64,000 nt of DNA. Origin: the human T2T-CHM13v2.0 reference genome, Homo sapiens. Under the pieces are notes generated by a model. The model saw only the letters and a list, made by a program, of their open reading frames with translations. It was not told the DNA's origin and ran no database searches. The stretch lies in NCBI RefSeq assembly GCF_009914755.1, contig NC_060932.1; one strand, written 5' to 3'. This document shows positions 13,918 to 24,550 of the stretch, piece after piece; position 1 is the stretch's first letter; each line of letters starts with the position of its first letter. The translations under genes were made by a program, and so were the position numbers.

Positions 13918-14069
13918 GGCCAGGCATGGTGGCTCACGCCTGTAATCCCAGCACTTTGCAAGGCCGAGGTGGGTGGATCATGAGGTCAAGAGATCAAGAC
14001 CACCCTGGCCAACATGGTGAAACCCTGTCTCTACTAAAAATACAAAAATTAGCTGGGCGTGGTGGTGGC
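13918..14069 (+). mobile_element. 3'-truncated AluS (left arm only, no tail)
   Basis: GGCCAGGCATGGTGGCTCAC...TACAAAAATTAGCTGGGCGTGGTGG, then non-Alu sequence. Confidence 0.93.
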
Positions 14070-14255
14070 ATTGGCTTCCTAGCAATGCTAGGCCATATCA
14101 TGGCAGGGTCATGTGGATCACCTTCTCTCGGATATTATCTTACCACATATGTGTACTTGTTTTCTTTTTTTAAATTTATTTAACATAAATACTTTGAAAT
14201 ATGATTCCCCAAATTTTTATTTGTTTCATTTATACAACTTTCCTATAGCATGCAG

Positions 14256-14912
14256 GTAGGAAAGGGTTAACTCAGCAAGCCTGAGTTGCTCAAACCCTGC
14301 ACATCCCATATAAAGGCCTGTCTTCAGGACTAACTCTTTGCTCCTGGGATATAACCTCTGAGCTTGGAATATTCTACCTGATAAGACTGTTTCTGTGTGC
14401 CTGCAGCCTTGGGCCATCCTGTATTTATGGTGAACTCCTGTTGTTACATGTCTGAGGCCTTGAGACATACTGTACCAATTGGAACAGATAAGCTGATGCT
14501 GACAATGTGACTTATGGCGAAGAGGGCAGGGAGACGGCTGCTGCTAGAGAGTGAGTAGCTGAGGTCAGCTATGTTGCATGCGTTTAGTGCTTGCATGATT
14601 GACCCCTAATAAATCTCTGGACACTAAGGCTAGAGTGAGCTTCCGTAGTTGTCAACACTTCACACATGTTGTGACACATCATTGCTAGGAGAATTAGGGG
14701 CATCCTCAAGTGACTCCACTGGGAGGGGACACCTGGAAGCTTGTGCCTGGTTTCCCCTGGACTTCATTCCATGCGCCTTTTCCCTCTGCTTTTTGATCTA
14801 TTTCTTTTCACTGTAATAAACCATAACCACAAGGACAGCAGCTTTTCTGAGATCTGTGAGTCCTTCTAACACAGCATCGAGCCCGCAGGTGGTCACAGGG
14901 AGCTCCTACACA
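14256..14912 (+). mobile_element. MER21-family solo LTR
   Basis: Start GTAGGAAAGGGTTAACTCAGC. Internal GGACACCTGGAAGCTT and GTAATAAACC. Confidence 0.75.
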
Positions 14913-14948
14913 ACCAGTATTTCTATATTATTTTAAATAATGACTTAC

Positions 14949-15011
14949 CTTATACTGAATATCTTGGAGGATTTCAGTCACAGCCTTCAAGCCAACATGT
15001 TCCTTTCCTAT
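14949..15011 (-). CDS. CA8: CA8 coding exon (likely exon 5, 63 bp): [21 protein letters not shown]
   Basis: Acceptor TTTTTCAG, donor AAG|GTAAGT. Phase 0/0. Confidence 0.97.
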
Positions 15012-15085
15012 CTGAAAAACATAAAGCATAAACCACAACCACAACATTTTTCAGTGTTTAGCTTTAACTAAAAAAAAACTAATAG

Positions 15086-15380
15086 GGCTGAGTGTGGTGG
15101 CTCATGCCTGTAACCCCAGCACTTTGGGAGGCCGAGTTGGGTGGATCACAAGGTTAGGAGATCGAGGCCATCCTGGCTAACACAGTGAAACCCTGTCTCT
15201 ACTAAAAATGCAAAAAATTAGCTGGGCATGGTGGCACACCCCTGAAGTCCCAGCTACTCAGGAGGGTGAGGAAGAAGAATCGCTTGAACCCAGGAGGCGG
15301 AGAGGTTGCAGTGAGCCAAGATCATGCCACTGCACTCCAGCCTGGATGACACAGCAAGACTCTGTCTCAAAAAAAAAAAA
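15086..15380 (+). mobile_element. AluS with TSD AAAAACTAA(T/C)AG
   Basis: Full Alu about 75 bp from the exon 5 acceptor. Confidence 0.95.
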
Positions 15381-15447
15381 CTAACAGAACTCGGTTCTAG
15401 TCCATCTGAATGTCCTTTTTGAGGAATAATTAAATGGCCTTTTATTA

Positions 15448-15459
15448 ATAACTAGGTCA
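15448..15459 (+). promoter_or_regulatory. Candidate RORE (ATAACTAGGTCA)
   Basis: Exact match to the ROR/REV-ERB monomer consensus WAWNTRGGTCA. Motif only, no functional evidence. Confidence 0.35.
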
Positions 15460-16589
15460 ATGTCTACTAAAGGTAATTAAAGTTGTGACAAACCTAGTAT
15501 AATAAAGTATTAGTTACGTAAATGTCCAAGAACTCATTCTAAATTCTCTTTACTGTGTATAGGAATCACTCACTTTGCTATATGTAGTATATCAAATTAT
15601 AAAATACTGTTAAATATAAAAATATCAAGGATATTTTTGAATTAAAACTACTCAGTACATGTTCAAACCCTTCCATGTTTAACTCTGGCATTTATAGATC
15701 ATTGCTATAAAGATTTTAACAATACTGAAAAATTATATTAACTTAGAAAAGCAGGTGTGTGATTTTGTATGTTAAATTCACCAAAATCAAGACCTTTCTT
15801 GATTACTTCTAGACATAATTTTATAACTACCCTTCTATTCTTAAATAAATAATAATGTGCTTTTTATAGCCTTCTTTTTAAAAACATATCACTATATATT
15901 ATTAGTGTATAAAATGCTCCCAAAAAATGGAGACAAAAAAATTCTAACATTTAATATTCTTGACTTTGGCTTTAAAACTTTTAAGTGAAATCTGACCAAT
16001 TTCCAGTGGTCCATGATAATGGAGGAGAGTAATGGAGGTCATTTAGAACCTCAAATAAACAATCATTGCTTTTGTCAGTTTTTCTCCTTCCACATAGATA
16101 TTTGGAGAATGACCTAAGAGAAGCCAGAGTAGCTGTAGATATGTTTACATTCTCTGTTTCTCCCAATGTTAACTAACTGCAAAACATGCAGATGAAAGAG
16201 CATCCAAAGGGAGAGGAGAGAGACAAGAAACGCTCTACCTAAGATAGGCCAGTCAGCTCTAAACAATCAAGACGTGAACTACTTTCCAAGAGTCTACAAT
16301 TATTCCCGAGATAGGCTCTAAAAACAGAAAATAAATTTTGTAAAGTTAAAAACAAAAAAACATTTAAAACCTAATGCATATGTACCTGTGGCAGCAGCCT
16401 GAAATTTTAGGCAGAAATCATTACCCATTCTTCAGGAGAAATGGACTTCTCTTTTGTCTTACTGGTTTAACCATACTATAGCACTGGGAGGCCTACGTCT
16501 GCACTTGGGGTCTGTTTTCATCTCAGGCATCTCCTGTTGGGTTGTAAACTCTTTGAAGAGTCCACATATGAACCCTAAGGCCACTCAAT

Positions 16590-16820
16590 GTGGTGCTCAG
16601 GAACAGGCTCACTTTGCACTGGACTGCCTGGATTCCAATCCTGACTCTGCCACCTCTTAGCTGTGTGGCCTTAAGCAAGTGTAGTTAACCTCTACATCCT
16701 TCCGCTTCCTCAGCTGTTTGCTGGAGAGGATAAAAATGATAGGGTTGAAGATAAGATTAAATCAAACAAAGACTGTGGAACAGGCTTGGGTCATCATAAT
16801 TCACTTAATGTCCATTATTA
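16590..16820. mobile_element. MIR
   Basis: GATTCCAATCCTGACTCTGCCAC...AGCTGTGTGGCCTTAAGCAAGT. Confidence 0.75.
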
Positions 16821-17299
16821 TTCTTAATCTGGATGCCCTACAGCATCAAATATAGTTTTTCCATATAGTAGCTCTTAACGACTATTACTAGCTCCTTCTA
16901 TCTATAAAGACTCTACTTTATGGGCAAAACCTCATATCTTGCAAATTCTATAAACTCTGCTATTATGCCATCTCTTTCTTTTCCTTCCTTGCCAAATTTG
17001 TGTATGAAGAAATGATGACCAGCAAAAAGCAAGTACTGATGATAATCTCCACACCCCAGCTGCTAAAACCGTGCAAGCAGCTGTTCAGATAACACAACCT
17101 GGTACCAAGAGTCCACCAGGAACCTTGAGAACAACTCATTTCTCACCTCTCACCTTTGCTGTCTTTCGCCACCACTGGAAATGCAAACCACTTTGGTCCG
17201 TTCTCCTTTCCTGGCATCTCAGCCCTGAACCACCTGTTTTTTTTTTTGTTTTTTACTTCTAACTCAATCTCTCCTTATCTTCCACTGCACCCTCTAGAA

Positions 17300-18740
17300 C
17301 AGAACAACTCTGCATTTCTGCCAACATCTCCCACCATTTCCTGATCTACCTGAACCCTTCGAGTCTGCCCAAGGGCACAGCTCTTTTGCAGGCCTTTCAA
17401 GTGGACGCCATGCAGTCCCCCAGGGAGACAGACTGGGGTCCATGGTCAGTGCACTCTTGCTCCCTTCAGGGTGGAACTCTGACCCACGTGCTCAAGCCAT
17501 CCTCCCGAGGGGACCATCTTCTAAGGCTATCACGCCCTCCTTCTTTCTCCCTTACTGACCCACTAGTCAATCTCTCCCAGGCATCACCTCCTGCTGCCAC
17601 CCTGGATGACTTCAGCATTCAGGGGGTGACCCATCCCCTCCCTGGCCTAAGTCTCTTCACCCGTCAGTCCGTGGCCTTCTGCCCCATTCCACCTGAGCAA
17701 ACCAACCCTGAGGACACTCCTGGTACGTGCTCTCATTCTGAAAACTTTAACTCTGAAAGACTGGCCTCTCTGACCAGATGCCCCGGGCCATCCAGCTCTC
17801 CTGCTCTTTCCTCTCTCCCCTTCACTGATCACCAGGTGCCAAGGCTGGCAGGTCCTTGTGGCCTCTCCTTCCCCCTCCTGCCTAGACATGGTGTGGGACT
17901 GGCTAGACAGAATGATATCTCTCCAACCACTCTCCATTCTTTAATCCTTTTACCTCCTAAATCATCTGCTCTCTGATGGATCAACACGACTTACCAGAAC
18001 TCTCTACTCCTTTACCCGGATAAAGAACAACCCACCATACCCTGTCCTGTATGATCTGGGGCATCCAATCCCAAGGGGGTTTCCCTCAGTGACTGCCAAA
18101 TATATTATCATCCCCTTCTGGTCTATTTCAAGACTCAATCCCACACCCACGTTTTCTTTGCTCTATAAATAATTTTGCTTTGTGTGTCTCAGAGATAATG
18201 AAGGTTGTCAGGCATGAACTCCCTCAATGTCCTGCCTTTCTCCACCTACAAATCGGCCCCATGTGTGTCCACACTTTCCTCCTGGCCCTCTGTTTTGGAG
18301 AAGGGGTGGGTCTGCTCCTATCTGAGATTAGTCCACCTGCATAAGCTCTCCATCCCATGCCCTCTTGCCTCCTCCAGGACTTTTCCACATCAGTGACACC
18401 CTCTCTTTCCAGTATTTTTAATCTCTATGTCTGCAATAGCTCTTATTGCTCAGGGAAAAAAAAATACTACATGCAGATCTCAGATCTCAAAAGATTCACT
18501 GGACATCATCGCTAGTTATTGCCCCATCTGTCCTTCCTTCCTTTGGCCAAGCTTCTTGGAAGGAAAGTCTACTCAATGTCTCCGACCTCCTCCCTCCAAA
18601 TTTCTCTCCTCCAGCCTGAGGACCCGACCCCCCCGATGGATTTCAGCCCATCCCTCCCTTCCCCTCTCCTTCCCTCCTTCCCTCCTTCCTTCCTTCCTGA
18701 AATTTTGCTCTCAGTTCTGTGATTTCACTCTCTCCTGAGA
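17300..18740 (+). mobile_element. L2 ORF2 remnant (endonuclease region onward)
   Basis: Pyrimidine-rich. Translation has SRPP and TLDDFSIQ, resembling the APE motifs YRPP and ILGDFNIH. Confidence 0.6.
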
Positions 18741-20360
18741 ATTTGCACACAGATAACCTGAATTTTTCATCACAGAAACTTATGAAAAGTTAGAAAAAGT
18801 GTGCTTGCTCTCCAGGCTTTCCCTTCCCTGCAATAATGCAGCTTGTTCTTGGAAATACTCGCAGTAGTTCTAAGGGGCTGGGTTTTCAGTCCGGGGCTCT
18901 ACGAATCCAGGTCACCTGTTAAATGCTAAGAATCAGGAAGTGAAAATACTAAGTTATCACACCTAATTCCATCCACAAATATTTATTGAGTACCAATTCC
19001 AAAGATGAAACTGACATGTTCCTTTCCCTTCTATATATGAATATGTGGTTATTTGTATTCTTATTTTTATTTTACTATTTTTTATTCTTACTTTTAATAA
19101 TGAGATAGTACATTCTACTGTCTCAATTTCTCAGATTTAGATATTTTATTAACTTTTCTGGGTTATAACAGTAGTCTTTCATGATTGTTACTTCAATATA
19201 CTAAAAATTATCAAAATATATTTGTATAATGAAAACATTTTTCATTAATATTTTGTGATTTCTTTCTAGTTATATAACGCCGTTATAAAACACAAGGAAT
19301 ATAGGTCCCCACCTGTGACACCATGAAATAAATAGTAAGAGGACTCACTGAAAAATGTAAGGATTTCCTTTAAATTTCTATGACGTGTCATATTTGCAAG
19401 ATGCTGATTTTAAAATATTAAGAGCCTAAACTGGATGGCTACTTTCAAACATCAATAAAGACATATCTAGGAGATATGTATTAAAAATTGTTGCAATTAA
19501 TTTTTGATATATATGCCATAAAAAAACAAGTTTAAAAGGGCCCATTATCGAACTCTCTTTGGAAAATTAAGTTTCTGAAGAACACTGTGCTAACATGCTC
19601 TAATCCCAGGTTATCCAATAGGCAGCCCAGAGCCACGCAGAGCTGCAACTCTGGTTTCTGGTCCTGATGGCAGCTTTAAAGCTAAAATTTCCAGATACTC
19701 TTTCACCTCTAAATCTTTTACGATGTCAAACAGGTAATAAGACAAAATTTAGAAGATTCGCCTTAAAAACTGAGTTAAGTTTTTACCTCTGAAAGCACGT
19801 GGCCTGCTTTCATATGTTTGGGTAAATTTATATACTCTTCTTTGCCTACCACAGAGCTCAAATCCAAATGTTATATTGACTATATCTGCCAAGGTCTTTG
19901 CCAGTCTGATTTTTATCAGTGTTTCCTATAAGGCATTTCAAGTCATCTCAGAGTGAAAATTGTTAATAAAGAAGGGCTAAAGTAATCTACTACATACTTC
20001 TATTATTGTTATTGATTTTTTTTGTAGATTTTTCTGTAAACCAGGGTCTAAAGAAATTTTCTGAAATCCTTTTTCATAAAATAAACTCTACCTTCAGGAG
20101 TCATTTTCTAAATCATTTCTCCAAAGACCCTGAATGCTACTCTGAAGAAAATTTCTAATAAATAAAGGAACTATTTTCTACCAATGAATATGTCTGAACT
20201 CCGATAAACCATAAGGATCAAGTTTTCTGTTTTTATCAGGTGTTCTCTCTATGTGTGTAATTTCATCTCTAAGCAATAAAATTGAGAATAAAAAAATTTT
20301 ACAAAATTATTTAGAAATTAGCATCTCTAAACAATACGATAATCACAGCAGACCGTTTAC

Positions 20361-20456
20361 CTGAACAAACAGAGCAATGATGGCGATTCCGTGCGGCTTC
20401 CCCACAGCCTCATCAATGCTGCCAAACAGAGTGGAGTTCCAGTGGATCAGATGGAG
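20361..20456 (-). CDS. CA8: CA8 coding exon (likely exon 4, 96 bp): [32 protein letters not shown]
   Basis: Acceptor CACTCAG, donor CAG|GTAAAC. Phase 0/0. Completes the ELHLxHWN motif. Confidence 0.97.
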
Positions 20457-21481
20457 CTGAGTGAGTGGCAACAGACAGACCACATCATTTAATGTGCTAC
20501 TTCTAATCATAAAAGCAAAGATATAGCCATTTCTTTACTATTTCTATATGGTATCACATACCACAAGAGGATCACAAGTAGACACAAACTACTGGCTTAA
20601 TACGAGTTCTCTGTATGAATTCCTTCCTTCTTATTTCTGAACAGAAGCAGTGCTTAGTGGATCGCTGCCTCTTAAGTCCAGTTTTAGTCCTGATGAGGAG
20701 GAAGACAACTGGAGGGACTCACAGACTTCACATTGATTCAGTTATCTTTCCTTGGATGTCATCCTTTTGAATCTCCATGAAGCAAAACTCCAGGTCTGGG
20801 CACAAACACTAGAACTCATTCAAAGGATGAATACCTGCATAATCAAATACTGCATCACCCAGTATTTCCATCAGGAGATGTACAAAGCCAGTTTCCAGTT
20901 CCAGTAAATTATTTCAACTTTCTAAGAATATTCAGAGATAGCATCCTGGAAAAAAAAAAGCTGCATATTTAAAGCCACGGTAAAATAATAAATGCTGATG
21001 TAAATCTCTAAAAGAAGGCGATTTCCTGCACTGGCGATAAAATTTTATCTGTGAAGAAATGACAAACAATGCTCAGAGGCCTCCCTCACTCCTAGCCTCA
21101 TAAAGCTTTGCAGCTTTCAAGTTTATCTAGAATATGCACTTGCTCCTACAGCACTGATAAAACACTTGCAAGAAGCCAAGCTCAATTCCTGATTAAAAAC
21201 CAAATGTCCACTGAGGTTCCTAGTATAATAGTAGGTAGGTAAACCTTCTGCCTAGAATATTACCTTCATCACTATAGCTTTTCATCGTTATAATTACTTA
21301 CCGCCTTACAACGTCGCCTTATTTTAAAATTAGTTCTAACACCAAAAGACATAGCTAAAATTCAACCACTATTTATTTTAGCATTTATATTAAAATATTC
21401 AGGAAAATTATCATAAGGATGGCCACAAATTGGATTTTTCCACTGCTGAATTTACCCAGGTAGAATCTGATATTATAAAAC

Positions 21482-21500
21482 TGACCACTAGGGGGAGCTA
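21482..21500 (+). promoter_or_regulatory. Candidate CTCF site TGACCACTAGGGGGAGCTA
   Basis: 16/19 match to the consensus TGGCCACCAGGGGGCGCTA, in unique-looking DNA. Confidence 0.65.
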
Positions 21501-22004
21501 ATGAAGTCCTCTACCAATAATAGAACAGATAACTAGGAAAACACTGTACCCATGGCCCACTCAGCCAGGTCAGGCTGTGAGGCTGTGAAAAACTCACAGA
21601 GACTGTGACTACCCAGTAAATGCAACTGAAAGGCACTGCTTTTAAGAAAATGATGTCCTATAATCTCTCAATAATAAAAGACAATTTTAATCTTCCCTTC
21701 TCCGGCTGCAACAACAGCATAGGAGTCCTAGTGGTAGAGGTAAGAACTGATTGCCTTAATTAAACCACCAACAAAGAAGGTCTAGGCCCAAGGTTAAAAT
21801 AAATTTTTATTCCACAAATTACAAAATTCCAACTGGCATTTTTCTTACTTCTCACAGCAATATTTTGGGGCATTTTTTTAAACAAAACATTAATAAACCA
21901 CAAAAGCATGGGTTTTTCTTTTTCCCTACTCCCCACAATTCAGCAACATCATCACTCACAGCTGCCCTTCAAAAGCTGCTGCACATTTTTTGTGTGTTTA
22001 AAAA

Positions 22005-22640
22005 GCTGAGGGTCCCCACTCCTTAAGTGTGCACTGTGGGTGGTGACTTTGTTTCAAAGAGTAAAGTATGGAACAGGGATAAAAATAGTGACTTTACAGT
22101 GGATAAACCTAACAAACACTATCTGATCAAGGTCAACATCAACAGTGATTAGTCATGTTGATAGGGTGTATGTATCCCTATATGTGATGAGCACTTTACT
22201 GCTGTGTTTTCTCTCAATGACCCATAACCCAATCTAGCCACAAGAAAAACATCAGACAAATCTCAGTGAGAGACACTCCACAAAATACTTCACCAGTAAG
22301 TACTCCTCAAAACGGTCAAGGTCATCAGAAACAAGGAAAGCCTGAGAAAAACGTCACAGCCAAAAGAAGCCTAAGAAGACATGAGAACTAAATGTAATAT
22401 GGTGTATGGTGCCATAGGTGAGATCCCAGAACAGAAGAAGGACATTAGGTAAATACTAAGGAAATCCAAATAAAATGTGGATTAGTAACATATCAGTATT
22501 GGTCCATTAATTGTAACAAATGTAACCATGCTAATGTAAAATGTTACTAATAGAAGAAACTGGGTTTGGGGTATATGGGAATTTTCTGTACTGTCTTTAT
22601 AATTTTTCTATAAATGTTAAACTGTTCTAAAAAATATTCT
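22005..22640 (+). mobile_element. L1MC-type 3' end
   Basis: ACTTTACAGTGGA..AAACCT...ATCAAGGTCAACATCAACAGTGAT...AAAACATCAGACAAA. Confidence 0.8.
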
Positions 22641-23169
22641 TTTTAACAAAAGACAAAAATTAAGAGAAATGCTGGCACTTCAGCCAACCCAAGCTAACAA
22701 GGATAACAGAAGGTTGCTATGACCCCCACATGTCCAGCAAAATAACACGAAATGAAAGCAGCAACAGCAGCTCTCCCACGCATCCTTCACTCTACCTTCT
22801 GGGTCTTCAATAACCACCTGAGTCTTGGCGGTTCCAGGGCAGAAGAGATTCTCCCTCCCCTCACAATAACAAGGGACCCAAGCTTTGAAAAACAAAGCTC
22901 TGTCCTGCTTCTGATAAACCTTCTTCTCTTGAAGGTCCTTTCTCTCATTTTCAGGCCAAACAAATCATGACAGACCCCCTTTCTACACCAGTAGAGGTTG
23001 GCTAATTCAAGTACCAGGCAAATGTCCAACCCATTCTGGAACTTGGCCAACCTTCAGCTGTAACCTAGTAGTGGTAACCTAGGTGCGTGGCTCACAGGCA
23101 CAGCACTCTGCACCTGCGCTGCCTCTCAAGTTAGCTCACTCTGCTACCCATGCACCTTTCCTCTCCATC

Positions 23170-23556
23170 TGTATGAGTCTGCTAGGGCTGTCATCACAAA
23201 GTGGCACTGACTGGGTGGCTTAAACAACAGACATTTACTTTCTCACATTTCTGGAGGGTGGAAGTCTGAGATCAAGGTGTGGGCAGGGCTGGTTCCTTTT
23301 TAGCCCTGACTCCTTGGCTTATAGATGGCCACCTTCTCCCTTTATCTTCACACAGTCTTGCCTCTCTAGGAGTCTGTGTCCAAATTTCCTCTTCTTATAA
23401 GGACACCAGGCACAGTGGATTAGGGCATGCCTAATGACCTCCTTTTAACCTAATTATCTCTGTGATGACCCTATGTCCAAATACAGCCACAGTCTGATGT
23501 GCTAGGAATTGGCACTTCAACATGAATTTGGCAGGGACACAATTCTGCCCATGACA
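23170..23556 (-). mobile_element. MLT1 (C-like) solo LTR
   Basis: GGGTGGCTTAAACAACAGA...TTTCCTCTTCTTATAAGGACACCAG. Near-TSD CCATC/CCAGC. Confidence 0.85.
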
Positions 23557-24087
23557 CCAGCTATCTCACCCTTTGCTTTTTGCTCACCATAAGAAAGTCT
23601 CTTCAAATCTGAAAAGCTTGAATTATTCACATTGACATCTGTTCTGCCACTGCCCCTTCTTTATTCCAATAATTTTATCATATTGTGCCTTATATTAATT
23701 AGTGCTGGTTCTGTTCCACAAAGCAAAGCCACAGAGGCAGGAAAATTATAAGTGCTTTTGAAGGACTAACAGTACCTTAGTGGGTAGCTAGAGGGTACAT
23801 AAGTCTGGCAATGACAAGAGGTGAAGCTAGACAGCTAGAGGGGTCAGACAGCACAGAGCTTTAAATGTTACCATAGCTGTATTCTAGAAAACACTAAAGC
23901 AATATATTATTGCAATGAATATTATTATTATGTATGCAGTCTGGAATCAAACTCCCCCATAATAACCTCTTTCTTTCAAAGGTCTTTTTGACAGTACAGG
24001 GGCTGGATTGGAAGTAGCAGACACTGAAAGCTGGAATATAAGCTAGGAGGATACCACAAAAGTCCCAGCGAAAAAACTATGACAGGA

Positions 24088-24550
24088 GTGCAGGACAGTT
24101 AATTTTATGTGTCAGCTTGGCTAGGCTATGGTGCCCAATTGTTTGATCAAACACCAGTCTAGATGTTGCAGCAAAGGTGCTTCCTAGATGTGATTAACAT
24201 TTAAATCAACAGACTTTGAGTAAAGCTGAATGCCTCCACTACATGAGTAGGCCTCATACAATCAGTTAAAGGGTTTAAGAGCACAGACTGAGGTCCCCCA
24301 AGGGAGAAGGAATTCTGCCTCCAGAACTCTGGATAAAAATCAGCCTGTGTTTCCAGCCTTGAAACTCAAGCTGCAACATCAACTCTTGCATGAATTTCCA
24401 GCTTTCGGCCTACCTTGCAGATTTCAGATTTGCCAGCCCCCACAACTACATGAACCAGTCCCTTAAATTAAATCCCAATCTCTTCTTTCTCCCTCTGTTT
24501 CTCTCTCTTTCTCCCTCTCCCTGTTTCTCTGGAGAACCCTGACTAATACA
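24088..24550 (+). mobile_element. MLT2 (ERVL) solo LTR
   Basis: TTAATTTTATGTGTCA...TTTCTCTGGAGAACCCTGACTAATACA. Confidence 0.85.
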
